Made by a program: the position numbers and the translations under genes. Of a stretch of 33,869 nt of DNA, positions 21,643-32,924 are shown piece by piece. A model generated the notes under the pieces. That model saw only the letters and a program-made list of their open reading frames with translations, was not told where the DNA came from and searched no databases. The stretch's first letter is position 1. Every line of letters starts with the position of its first letter. The DNA is taken from assembly GCF_001194135.2 (NCBI RefSeq), contig NC_068984.1, positions 143,765,308-143,799,176 on the forward strand, written 5' to 3'. This DNA is from Octopus bimaculoides. Its lineage: Eukaryota.

Positions 21643-21979
21643 GGGTGAGCTACTTTGCACGGTATGTGTTCTGACATTAGTACCAAGCTTTCTTGGCCCA
21701 AGACGTCGGCATGTCTGTTCGGATAAACATCGGTGGTTTGGAGAGGGGAGATTTGCATACACAAGAATTTGTCACCGGTCTTTCTCTAAAAAGATCTTAC
21801 CCTAGCCTGAACATAGATGTGAAGATGGACAGTTAGCCTTGGCCGACAGACCCATAAGATGCTGATCAACCCGTCAATGAGAAACCGTATGATCCAAAGC
21901 ATTCGAAGAGCAACTTAACTTCGGTTGACAATTTAACTATCGGACGACACTATGCGGTATACGGTGTCCTATCTTTACC

Positions 21980-22050
21980 TTCTGAATTCAAATTCCGCCG
22001 CGGTCGACTTTGTCTTTCATTCTTTCGAGTTTGATGAAATAAGTGCCCAT
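21980..22050 (+). mobile_element. SINE family B fragment (B box and following domain)
   Basis: TTCTGAATTCAAATTCCGCCGCGGTCGACTTTGTCTTTCATTCTTTCGAG. Confidence 0.75.
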
Positions 22051-22064
22051 CAAGAACTCTAAGT

Positions 22065-22409
22065 AAGGTTACCTTTTCGGGTCACGCCGACTCATGAGAG
22101 CCGGTTTCCCGGTTTCAGTTGCGTATATACTTCCCACCTGGATAGGACGCCAGTCTGTCACAGGTCTCTTGTTTTTTTTTGTTTTTTTTTTTTTGTTTTT
22201 TTTGCGAGCTGAGTAGATTGGGCCAACGTGAAATGAAGTGGACGGCAGTCCGTCGCAGGGTTACTGTTTTGGGGGGACTTTTTTGCCAGCTGAGTGGATT
22301 GAGCCAACGTGAAATGAAGTGTTTTGCCCAAGAACACAACTCATCACCCGGTCCAAGAATTGAAACCACAATCTTGCGATCATGTGTCTAACACTCTAAT
22401 CATTAAGCT
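22065..22409 (-). mobile_element. tRNA-derived SINE family C with an internal tandem duplication
   Basis: The minus strand has a head TAGCTTAATGATTAG...GGTTTCAATTCTTGG, then CORE-like GTTGTGTTCTTGGGCAAAACACTT. 22147-22240 duplicates 22241-22320. Confidence 0.8.
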
Positions 22410-22420
22410 ACGCTCGTCCA

Positions 22421-22500
22421 CCGGACTGGGGTCGTTGTAATCGACTTACCTGTCCTTGACCCTAGAATTCTAGGCCTTTTGTGTCTAGGAGAAAGGATAT
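22421..22500 (+). mobile_element. SINE family B, 3' end
   Basis: CTGGGGTCGTTGTAATCGACTTACC...GGCCTTTTGTGTCTAGGAGAAAGGATAT. Confidence 0.6.
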
Positions 22501-22795
22501 TTTACTAAAGACAGCTGTATGTGATTTGAGAGAAATTTGGCTGATATTTCTAGTAAATCGAGCTATTTCACAGAGGCTCCTCCTCTTTGGCATGAAGGTG
22601 GTGGTGGAGACGGCGACGGCGATGGCGGTGGTGGTTGTGGTGGTGGTGGTGGTAGGTGTGTTATTTGTGTAATGGTTGTCTGTGCAGGTGGCGCTTTAAA
22701 GGAGAAACAAAATTGTTGTTTGTATGACTGCGTATATATGTGCTAGAGTGGTGTGTGTGTGTGTGTGAGTGAGCGTTCGCGCGTGTGCTCACTTG

Positions 22796-22831
<36 letters not shown>

Positions 22832-23737
22832 NNNNNNNNNNNNNNNNNNNNNNNNNNNNNNNNNNNNNNNNNNNNNNNNNNNNNNNNNNNNNNNNNNNNN
22901 NNNNNNNNNNNNNNNNNNNNNNNNNNNNNNNNNNNNNNNNNNNNNNNNNNNNNNNNNNNNNNNNNNNNNNNNNNNNNNNNNNNNNNNNNNNNNNNNNNNN
23001 NNNNNNNNNNNNNNNNNNNNNNNNNNNNNNNNNNNNNNNNNNNNNNNNNNNNNNNNNNNNNNNNNNNNNNNNNNNNNNNNNNNNNNNNNNNNNNNNNNNN
23101 NNNNNNNNNNNNNNNNNNNNNNNNNNNNNNNNNNNNNNNNNNNNNNNNNNNNNNNNNNNNNNNNNNNNNNNNNNNNNNNNNNNNNNNNNNNNNNNNNNNN
23201 NNNNNNNNNNNNNNNNNNNNNNNNNNNNNNNNNNNNNNNNNNNNNNNNNNNNNNNNNNNNNNNNNNNNNNNNNNNNNNNNNNNNNNNNNNNNNNNNNNNN
23301 NNNNNNNNNNNNNNNNNNNNNNNNNNNNNNNNNNNNNNNNNNNNNNNNNNNNNNNNNNNNNNNNNNNNNNNNNNNNNNNNNNNNNNNNNNNNNNNNNNNN
23401 NNNNNNNNNNNNNNNNNNNNNNNNNNNNNNNNNNNNNNNNNNNNNNNNNNNNNNNNNNNNNNNNNNNNNNNNNNNNNNNNNNNNNNNNNNNNNNNNNNNN
23501 NNNNNNNNNNNNNNNNNNNNNNNNNNNNNNNNNNNNNNNNNNNNNNNNNNNNNNNNNNNNNNNNNNNNNNNNNNNNNNNNNNNNNNNNNNNNNNNNNNNN
23601 NNNNNNNNNNNNNNNNNNNNNNNNNNNNNNNNNNNNNNNNNNNNNNNNNNNNNNNNNNNNNNNNNNNNNNNNGGTGGTGGTGGTGGTGGTGGTGGTGATG
23701 GTGGTGGTTGTTTTGGTGCTGCTGCTGCTCCTGTTGG

Positions 23738-23915
23738 TGTAGTCATCGTTGTTGAGCCCCAGGTGGATCAGACCCATGACCAAAGCCATTCCAAACATGA
23801 CTATCACATCTTTTCAGACAGCTTATCCCCGAACAAAGATTATCCAATAAATCACTTTTGAGAGAGTAAAGTAGATTTCGGTTAGGGATTTTACTGCTAT
23901 TTCTAGCTCGTCGAG
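23738..23915 (-). mobile_element. Family E copy with its microsatellite-tailed end
   Basis: GTTGTTGAGCCCCAGG...CAAAGCCATTCCAAACATGACTATC...CTGCTATTTCTAGC is the reverse complement of the last unit at 33370-33541. Confidence 0.65.
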
Positions 23916-23990
23916 GGGCATTTCTATGGCCTTACGATGGTACGATAGTGTTAGTATTGTGTCGGTGTGGTGAAGAGGGGTTTCCTGTTT

Positions 23991-24122
23991 ATCTTTTATT
24001 CTTTTACTTGTTTCAGTCATTAGACTGCGGCCATGCTAGAGATCACTCGTTATGGGTTTTAGTCGAACAAATCAATTACAGGATACAGGATTTTTTTAAA
24101 GTCTGGTACTTACCCTACCGGC

Positions 24123-24167
<45 letters not shown>

Positions 24168-24210
24168 GACGGGCTTCTTTCAGTTTCCGTCTACCAAATC
24201 CACTCACAAC
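23991..24210 (-). mobile_element. SINE family A, 3' and middle portions
   Basis: GACTGCGGCCATGCT...(TA)n-CGACGGGCTTCTTTCAGTTTCCGTCTACCAAATCCACTCACAA. Confidence 0.85.
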
Positions 24211-24829
24211 GCTTATTTGTAGTGTTTTGCAGTGATGTAGTTGTGTGCATGCGGTGTGTAAAAGTTGTAGAATACTCTTTTGCAGTGTGGAGCATGGTAG
24301 TATTGGTGTAGTGTGATGAAGTGCATTGTGTTGCATTTTTGCATGGCGGGGAGTGTAATGTGGGCGTTGCGATCCATGTGCAGCGCGGCACACTGGTGTG
24401 TGGAGTGGCGTTGTAATATGTTGGTCGGCGTTATGTCTTCTCAGCTATGTGCAATTTGGAATGTGATGTTGTGTGGCGTGTTGCTGGGAAAATGAAAATA
24501 ATCACTGAACGTGTGAAATAGAAAGCAGCCGCGCTTACATAATGCGCGCGACCATACACAAACACAGAAGAGAAAACCGCATAAACACACACACAGATGT
24601 ATAACATATATCTACACACACATATACAAATGCAGGCATAAATATAGACACTCATATATATATAGATAGATGTATACAAATGCTGCTCAACCTTCGCCAC
24701 CACCAAGTATTGTAAGGAGGGTGTCCAATGTATTTGGAAGGACGAGAAAAGATGAAATGTTTGACAAGACACAAACTGGTGTTACACAAGGATGACAATT
24801 AATCACAATGTTATTTCAGTTATGTCTTG

Positions 24830-24897
24830 TCTGCTGCTGCTGCTGTTGCTGCTGCTACTACCGCTGCTGCGAGTTTATCTATCTATCCGTCTGTCTC

Positions 24898-24960
<63 letters not shown>

Positions 24961-25082
24961 GTCTGTCTGTCTATCTGTCTATCTACCTATGTGTCTGTCT
25001 GTTTATCTATGTATATATTTATTTATCTCTCCATCTATTTATCTATCTGTCTGTCTATCTATCTACCAACTCAGCCATCCAT

Positions 25083-25116
<34 letters not shown>

Positions 25117-25137
25117 GTCTATCTATCTATCTATCTA

Positions 25138-25200
<63 letters not shown>

Positions 25201-25336
25201 NNNNNNNNNNNNNNNNNNNNNNNNNNNNNNNNNNNNNNNNNNNNNNNNNNNNNNNNNNNNNNNNNNNNNNNNNNNNNNNNNNNNNNNNNNNNNNNNNNNN
25301 NNNNNNNNCTATCAATCTATCTACCTATCTATCTAG

Positions 25337-25370
<34 letters not shown>

Positions 25371-25452
25371 CTGTGTGTGCGTCTGTGTGTGTGTGTCTGT
25401 GTGTGTGTCTGTGTAAAGAGAGAGAGAGAGAGAGAGGCAGATGAATAGATAA

Positions 25453-25483
<31 letters not shown>

Positions 25484-25730
25484 TACAAACATACACATAC
25501 ATAAATATATGGATGTTTGCATATGTGTGTATACGTGTATATCGGATATATATAAATATAAATATATATATATATGCATATATATAGAGAGAGGGGGGAG
25601 GGAGAAAGAGAGAGAGATGTATGTATATATACATACATACACAGATGCAATTATACGTGTGTGCATGTATGTATGCATGTATGTATGTGGGTGTGTATGT
25701 ATGCATGTGTGTATGGTATGTATGTGTGCG

Positions 25731-25762
<32 letters not shown>

Positions 25763-25770
25763 TTGACATT
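24830..25770. repeat. Large compound microsatellite field (GCT, CTAT, CCAT, CT, TA, GT, GATA, GTAT) with a gap
   Basis: Direct reading. Confidence 0.95.
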
Positions 25771-25916
25771 ACGGCTTCTGCGTTGGTGAGATGAAGAGAA
25801 CAGCCTTGTATACATGGAGAACAACCAGTTTTCATGGAAAGAGATCTTTCTCAAACCTGGCCAAACATGGAAACTGCATGAGATGCATGTTATTTCGATA
25901 TTTACAACAAAGAAAG

Positions 25917-26130
25917 GAAGCGAGCTGGCAGAATGGTTAGCACGCCATGCCAGATGCTCAACGGCATTTCGTCCGTCTTTACGTTCTGAGTTCAAATTCT
26001 GCTGGGGTCGTCTTTGCCTTTCATTCTTTCGGCGTGGATAAAATAAGTACCAGTTGAACACTGGGGTCAGCGTGATCGACTTACCTCCGGCCCCTAAATT
26101 CCTGGCCCTATGTCAAAATTTAAAGTCAAT
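25917..26130 (+). mobile_element. tRNA-derived SINE family B, full length
   Basis: GAGCTGGCAGAATGGTTAGCAC head, B box GAGTTCAAATTC, GCCTTTCATTCTTTCGG..GATAAAATAAGTACC domain, and the CCTGGCCCTATGTCAAAATTT tail. Confidence 0.85.
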
Positions 26131-26188
26131 ATTTACAGGAAAGTAACTCAAATTAGAGTTACTTTCCTGTAAATATTGACTTTAAATT
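26117..26188. repeat. Perfect 33-bp inverted repeat with 6-nt loop
   Basis: AATTTAAAGTCAATATTTACAGGAAAGTAACTC (26117-26149) and its exact reverse complement (26156-26188). Confidence 0.95.
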
Positions 26189-27089
26189 AGAGTTAGATAT
26201 GTCGACGTCTTAGAACGGTCACTTATATCATCAATAATATTAATATGCCAATTTGTCTTTTGTACGTACCTGACGCGTGTGTCACGGTTAAGAAGAATAC
26301 ATTGTTGAAAGAAATTTTGTTGCTTAAATAAAAATTGTTAATTAGACCTCTTGTAATTTCCGGAAAGAGATTTGAAACCACCACCTATGTGTTGCATTAC
26401 TATTTCTCAACATCCATGCCTACTGGGCCACCAAGGCAGCAACGCTGCTAATTGGAAAATTAAGATACCTCAATTTGACGTGTGTCGAGCAAAGGAGAGA
26501 AGTGAGAGTGAGAGAGAAAGAGAGAGAGAGAGAGAGATGATGGCATGAAGCGGACTTTTCGGAGTGGCTGATATGTATTTGAATGCCTTTCTATGATTGA
26601 ACTGAAATTGATCCCTGGCTATTAATGCCTCCACACACACACACATACACACACACATTTGTTTTAGGTTTTCTACCCCTTTCAATTCGGCCATACACCA
26701 GATAACATGTTTTGATTATAAAATTACACCTCACCTAAAAAAGCAACCAGCAAAGGATAGAACAAATGAACCTGGGCCAAAGAGAGGTGTGCTTTATTTC
26801 CGTGAATTTTTCCCAGGTCCAGCTAGTATGAATGACTACACTATCGTTTTTTTCTTTCATACATTCAGTGTGGCTATATAATCTTTATTCGCAACCGCAA
26901 CCACTACAGTGTCTCAGAGACCATAATCCTGGATATATTAACTCCTTAAAAGCAATATCTAGTTCCTTGTTTAAGGAGGTAGATGCTTTTAAGACGAAAT
27001 ATAGCTGTTATTTCTAGTAAGTCACTAAGAATACTTATAAGCCCCTTCGTTGACCACGGCTAAAATACACAACGGTGTATTACCTTCAG

Positions 27090-27373
27090 TTATGAAAAAG
27101 GAAACTGAAAGAAGCCCGTTGTATACAAATGACTATATGTTTGTGTGCTTGTCTTTGACCCCACCACCACCGCCATCGCTTGACAACCGATGCTGGTGTG
27201 TTTACGCCCCCACAACTTAGCAGTTCGGCAAAAGAGACCGATAGAATAAGTACTGGGTTTACAAAGAATAAGTCCTGGAGTCGATTCGTTCGACTAAAAG
27301 GCGGTGCTCCAGCATGGCCGAATCAATGACTGAAACAAGTAAAAGAATAGAAAAATAAAAGAATAAAAGAATA
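27090..27373 (+). mobile_element. SINE family A, 3' two-thirds
   Basis: GGAAACTGAAAGAAGCCCG through GGCGGTGCTCCAGCATGGCCG to the AAAAGAAT tail. Confidence 0.9.
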
Positions 27374-27444
27374 TATATGTGTGTGTGTGTGTATGTGTGA
27401 TTGTATGTGTGTGCGTGCGTGTGCATGTGTGTGTGTGCGCGCGC

Positions 27445-27476
<32 letters not shown>

Positions 27477-28904
27477 GTGTGTCCTCTGTTTCTGCGAGAT
27501 GTACTCCCACCAGTCGTTTCTGTCAAAAAGGCATTCATTTAAATGCCATGAATCTTGTTAAACCAGTGCAGAAGGAGATTTAGCGTGGTGTGTGGGTGTA
27601 TATNNNNNNNNNNNNNNNNNNNNNNNNNNNNNNNNNNNNNNNNNNNNNNNNNNNNNNNNNNNNNNNNNNNNNNNNNNNNNNNNNNNNNNNNNNNNNNNNN
27701 NNNNNNNNNNNNNNNNNNNNNNNNNNNNNNNNNNNNNNNNNNNNNNNNNNNNNNNNNNNNNNNNNNNNNNNNNNNNNNNNNNNNNNNNNNNNNNNNNNNN
27801 NNNNNNNNNNNNNNNNNNNNNNNNNNNNNNNNNNNNNNNNNNNNNNNNNNNNNNNNNNNNNNNNNNNNNNNNNNNNNNNNNNNNNNNNNNNNNNNNNNNN
27901 NNNNNNNNNNNNNNNNNNNNNNNNNNNNNNNNNNNNNNNNNNNNNNNNNNNNNNNNNNNNNNNNNNNNNNNNNNNNNNNNNNNNNNNNNNNNNNNNNNNN
28001 NNNNNNNNNNNNNNNNNNNNNNNNNNNNNNNNNNNNNNNNNNNNNNNNNNNNNNNNNNNNNNNNNNNNNNNNNNNNNNNNNNNNNNNNNNNNNNNNNNNN
28101 NNNNNNNNNNNNNNNNNNNNNNNNNNNNNNNNNNNNNNNNNNNNNNNNNNNNNNNNNNNNNNNNNNNNNNNNNNNNNNNNNNNNNNNNNNNNNNNNNNNN
28201 NNNNNNNNNNNNNNNNNNNNNNNNNNNNNNNNNNNNATATATATACATATATATATATATACATACATACATACATATATATATAAATGTATACACACAT
28301 ATATATGAATGCATGTATGCACATAAATATATATATGTATATATATATATTCATGCGCACGCACCATAGGTTCATACACATACACACACATCATATATAT
28401 ACGCACACATATATAAATATGTATACACATACACACACACACACACCTATACTTATATAAGCACCTTATTTGTTTCCATCGTTCTATTCTGCTGTCGATT
28501 TAATGTTGCACTTTAAACAGATGCATTTCTCTGCGAGATTATCTTTGATGTTGCCGTCTGTTTGTTTTGGCAAACTTCGCTTCCAGTAACTTCTCTGATC
28601 TCCATGGAGACACATTTGAACCGAATGACCTCGGTTATTTCAGTCATGTTTACAACTTTCGGTGCACTGTTGGGTTGCAACTGCACGCTGCCAGGTGTCA
28701 GTAAGTCTAGCTGTGTGATGCGTGTGCACTTTAACAAGTGCACCGCGGAGAGTAGTAGAGTAGAGTGTTGCAACAGCAGTATCGTATCGTGGGTGCAGTA
28801 AGGTGTGTTGCAGTGTAACGAGTGCACTTTAACAAGTGCATTACATAGGGTGCATTCTTGTGGTTGCAACTGTTGAGACTGAAGGGCGATGGCTCCGTCG
28901 CAAT

Positions 28905-28955
28905 TCGAATGTTATGAGGTGATGTTGGTGATAATGATGATGGTGATGAGGATGA

Positions 28956-29006
<51 letters not shown>

Positions 29007-29168
29007 CATTAGTAGTAGTAGTGGCTGTAGCACTATTATTATTAGTAGTAGTATTAGTAGCAGCAGTAGCAGCAGTAGCATCAGCTGTAGTATTAGTAGA
29101 AGAAGTAGAAGTTGCTGTTGTTGTTGTTGCTGTCGCTGTTCTAGCAACAGTATTATTATTATTATTAT

Positions 29169-29228
<60 letters not shown>

Positions 29229-29245
29229 TGGTAGTAGTAGTAGTG

Positions 29246-29300
<55 letters not shown>

Positions 29301-29482
29301 CAGGAGTAGTAGTAGTAGTAGTAGCAGCAGAAGCAGCAGAAGCAGCAGAAGCAGCAGAAGCAGCAGAAGCAGCAGAAGCAGCAGAAGCAGCAGTAGTAGT
29401 AATAGTATTAATAGTGGTAGTAGTAATAGTAACTGCAGCACTAAACTAACAGTAGTAGTTACAGCAGCAGCAGTAATATTAA

Positions 29483-29533
<51 letters not shown>

Positions 29534-29545
29534 CGACAGTAATAG
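28905..29545. repeat. Compound (AGT)n array with (GAT), (TAT), (GTT) and (GCAGCAGAA)n blocks
   Basis: Direct reading; a 9-mer GCAGCAGAA run lies near 29323-29390. Confidence 0.95.
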
Positions 29546-29564
29546 CAATTAATGATAATAATCC

Positions 29565-29677
29565 TCTCTAATTTTGGTACAAGGCCAGCAATTTTAAGTG
29601 GAGTGTATTAATCGATCAGATCGACTGCCCCCCCTCCCTCCAAATTTCGGGCCTTGTGCCTAGAGTAGAAAATAATA
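29565..29677. mobile_element. Two SINE B-type 3' tails fused in opposite orientation
   Basis: 29576-29595 and 29641-29660 are imperfect reverse complements around ATCGATCAGATCGAC. Confidence 0.65.
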
Positions 29678-29768
29678 TACACAATACATATTTTTACGTG
29701 CTTTTAGTAGTTTCATAAGTTGAGAAATACCTCAAACATATCATCAGGCACAAACGACATATCATAAC

Positions 29769-31121
29769 GAATTAATAAGTTCGTTTAGTCTACATGTAAT
29801 TAAGTGGAAAATAATTGAAAAATCAACGTCTTATGTTAATGGATCAAATAGACGTAAGCTATGTTTAGCTGAAAGGGCACAGATCCTTTTCAGATCTAAG
29901 ATCCCTCACTCACAATTGAACTCTAGGTCTGAAATTTTCAACAGTTGTAAACATATGTCAAAGTACATTTTGTAGAATTGGNNNNNNNNNNNNNNNNNNN
30001 NNNNNNNNNNNNNNNNNNNNNNNNNNNNNNNNNNNNNNNNNNNNNNNNNNNNNNNNNNNNNNNNNNNNNNNNNNNNNNNNNNNNNNNNNNNNNNNNNNNN
30101 NNNNNNNNNNNNNNNNNNNNNNNNNNNNNNNNNNNNNNNNNNNNNNNNNNNNNNNNNNNNNNNNNNNNNNNNNNNNNNNNNNNNNNNNNNNNNNNNNNNN
30201 NNNNNNNNNNNNNNNNNNNNNNNNNNNNNNNNNNNNNNNNNNNNNNNNNNNNNNNNNNNNNNNNNNNNNNNNNNNNNNNNNNNNNNNNNNNNNNNNNNNN
30301 NNNNNNNNNNNNNNNNNNNNNNNNNNNNNNNNNNNNNNNNNNNNNNNNNNNNNNNNNNNNNNNNNNNNNNNNNNNNNNNNNNNNNNNNNNNNNNNNNNNN
30401 NNNNNNNNNNNNNNNNNNNNNNNNNNNNNNNNNNNNNNNNNNNNNNNNNNNNNNNNNNNNNNNNNNNNNNNNNNNNNNNNNNNNNNNNNNNNNNNNNNNN
30501 NNNNNNNNNNNNNNNNNNNNNNNNNNNNNNNNNNNNNNNNNNNNNNNNNNNNNNNNNNNNNNNNNNNNNNNNNNNNNNNNNNNNNNNNNNNNNNNNNNNN
30601 NNNNNNNNNNNNNNNNNNNNNNNNNNNNNNNNNNNNNNNNNNNNNNNNNNNNNNNNNNNNNNNNNNNNNNNNNNNNNNNNNNNNNNNNNNNNNNNNNNNN
30701 NNNNNNNNNNNNNNNNNNNNNNNNNNNNNNNNNNNNNNNNNNNNNNNNNNNNNNNNNNNNNNNNNNNNNNNNNNNNNNNNNNNNNNNNNNNNNNNNNNNN
30801 NNNNNNNNNNNNNNNNNNNNNNNNNNNNNNNNNNNNNNNNNNNNNNNNNNNNNNNNNNNNNNNNNNNNNNNNNNNNNNNNNNNNNNNNNNNNNNNNNNNN
30901 NNNNNNNCGAATTAATAAGTTCGTTTAGTCTACATGTAATTAAGTGGAAAATAATTGAAAAATCAACGTCTTATGTTAATGGATCAAATAGACGTAAGCT
31001 ATGTTTAGCTGAAAGGGCACAGATCCTTTTCAGACCTAAGATCCCTCACTCACAATTGAACTCTAGGTCTGAAATTTTCAACAGTTGTAAACATATGTCA
31101 AAGTACATTTTGTAGAATTGG
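29769..31121. other. 213-bp direct duplication flanking a 927-N gap, probably an unmerged contig overlap
   Basis: 29769-29981 equals 30909-31121 except T29895 versus C31035. The copies end and begin exactly at the gap edges. Confidence 0.85.
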
Positions 31122-31199
31122 AAAATTCTGCCCATACCTGATTAACTTGATACCTTTCCAAGCTTATAATTTAAGGTCTAAGGGAGATAACTCTTTTAC

Positions 31200-32352
31200 C
31201 TTTTTATACTTGTAATATTTTCTTTTTCCTTTTCCGTTTTTTAACCTTCCACGTTTTCTATATGCTTCCTTCTCAACATTACGCGTTTCTCCTCCGACTT
31301 ACAGGTCTACATTTAGAGTGGTACCATCCATTCTTATCATTTTCACAACTTTCACCCACCATTCAAAAAATTCGCTCGAAGACAACATTTCTCTCCCCAT
31401 CCTCACTTTCTCCGTCATCATACTGTCCTCATTCCTTTCAGCCTCGTCCACCAGACAGCTTCTTTCGCCACAGCCACTAGGCAAAGGAAACCTGCTTTAC
31501 CTGCCTGATTAAAGGAGGGCTGTAGGGCAATCATTACACTGTACTCAGCCGACAGACTTATCCGTGCCTCATGCGACAGCAGCTGTTACACATGACTACA
31601 CAGCTCAGCAATTTCCGGTGACTGAATGAGAGCGTTCAGAATAGTTCCGTCGCTCTGCGTGCACCTCGGACACACCCGTCATTCAGCACATCTATACCTG
31701 TAGAGTTTATCTCGAACCGGTACCGCCTTGCCCTTCCTCTACAATAGCACGTCCACGCCAGGGGCATCTGGAAATAATCCATCGTAATCCTCGAGCGGAA
31801 AGCTCTTTGGGACAAACTAGCCGATTCGTTTTCGTTGGCACCTAGAGTCTCCCCGAGGAGTTCGTCGCACTTCACTGCCACCAAACCTCTATATCCCATT
31901 GTCCGACTGAAAGAGGGTTGGGAGCGCCTGGGGACATTCTAGTAGCCAGGCGCTTAGTCTCGGCCTTTTCTTCCACCAAGACTCCAGCTCCATCGACGAA
32001 ACGAACTGCGGAAAGACGAGCTCCACAAAACCTCAGCACGTGTCTGCACACCAGAAACTACAGCATGCTTAAGCGGCCACGAAAAGGGTGTTAGCAGCAA
32101 ACTGACCGCCTGCGCGTCTCTCCCACAAGAAAATAAATACGAAATGTTCCAGTCTGATCAAGCAGTAACCGGGGCAGGGCACAGTGGTCAGGATCTAAAT
32201 GATGATAGAAGCGATGTAGGCATTCGTCACCTTTTTCAGAGTTAGGGTCTTCTCTGCTCGTTTCTGAGTAAGACTGGCCTCTCTACTCATCACTTTGTTC
32301 TGTTCCATTTCTTATCCACCTGGAAGTTGGGACCAAACTAGACCTGGAGCAG
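31200..32352 (-). pseudogene. L1/Tx1-clade LINE ORF2 3' fragment (post-RT region, zf-RVT-like domain, C-terminus)
   Basis: The minus strand reads V*FGPNFQVDKKW...RVASLTQK...TNAYIASII and AVPVRDKLYRY...VCPRCTQSDGTILNALIQ...FLCLVAVAKEAVWWTRLKG. It ends EFFEWWVKVVKMIRMDGTTLNVDL* at 31299, followed by an A-rich 3' region, with several stops and frameshifts. Confidence 0.85.
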
Positions 32353-32355
32353 GTT

Positions 32356-32621
32356 GAGTATAAATCAAGACATGGCAGAGTTGGCCTTTATCTACTCTGG
32401 TTAATATGTCGGCATTATAAAATCAAATCTGTTGACAAGTGGCATGAACACCATCCTGAGTCTGTAACTAAGGCTGGAACGATTCTTTGGGGCTTTCCAC
32501 TACGTTCACACCGAACCATCAAAACTAACAAACTAGATATTATACATTGATCGCCATAAGTATTCCTTCTGATCATAATATCCCGGCAAAAGAATTTGAC
32601 AAGATCAGAAAAGATAAACTT
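32356..32621 (+). pseudogene. R4/Dong-clade LINE C-terminal restriction-like endonuclease fragment
   Basis: EYKSRHGRVGLYLLWLICRHYKIKSVDKWHEHHPESVTKAGTILWGFPLRSHRTIKTNKLDII, then after a frameshift AISIPSDHNIPAKEFDKIRK. This fits the Y..RHD.V...HW..C.......W..H.P.......I.WD...TD......PD...D..IP.D.N...KE.EK pattern. Confidence 0.85.
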
Positions 32622-32669
32622 GCCGCATATCACACTCTGCCATCTTCGAATAGAACATATTCTTTTCTA

Positions 32670-32876
32670 TTCTAGGTACCAAACCCGAAATTTGGGACAG
32701 GAGGGGACCAGTCGATGAGATCGACCCCACTACGCAACTGGTACTTAATTTATCGATCCTGAAAGGATGAAAGGCAAAGTCTACCTCGGTGGAATTTGAA
32801 CTCAGAACGTAAAGACGGACGAAATACCGCTAAGCGTTTCGTCCGGAGTGCTAACGTTTCTGCCAGCTCGCCGCCC
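32670..32876 (-). mobile_element. SINE family B, full length, well preserved
   Basis: The minus strand reads GGCGGCGAGCTGGCAGAAACGTTAGCAC...GAGTTCAAATTCCACCGAGG...GCCTTTCATCCTTTCAGGATCGATAAATTAAGTACC. Confidence 0.9.
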
Positions 32877-32924
32877 TGACGAATTGAGCATATTGCATTT
32901 TGTCTGATTCTTTACACATACAGA

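Noticed and set aside
21584-21667. Reading frame HYASITLISDDYKVEILADRVSYFAR ending at CG|GTATGT
   Set aside because: There is no upstream acceptor AG, and the overlap with an HHR-like motif favours a repeat origin.
24230-24490. Degenerate GTGTA/GTGTT pentamer-like tract (similar tract at 28640-28870)
   Set aside because: It is decayed simple sequence without constant repeats and unique spacers; it is neither CRISPR-like nor coding.
29696-29752. Minus-strand GTGC-CTGATGA...GAAA-CTACTAAAA-GCAC hammerhead-like string
   Set aside because: There is no NUH adjacent to stem I, and the stem II base is mismatched; too many edits are needed.
29769-31121. LTR pair interpretation of the 213-bp duplicate
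   Set aside because: There are no TG...CA ends, PBS or TSD, and the copies coincide exactly with the gap edges.
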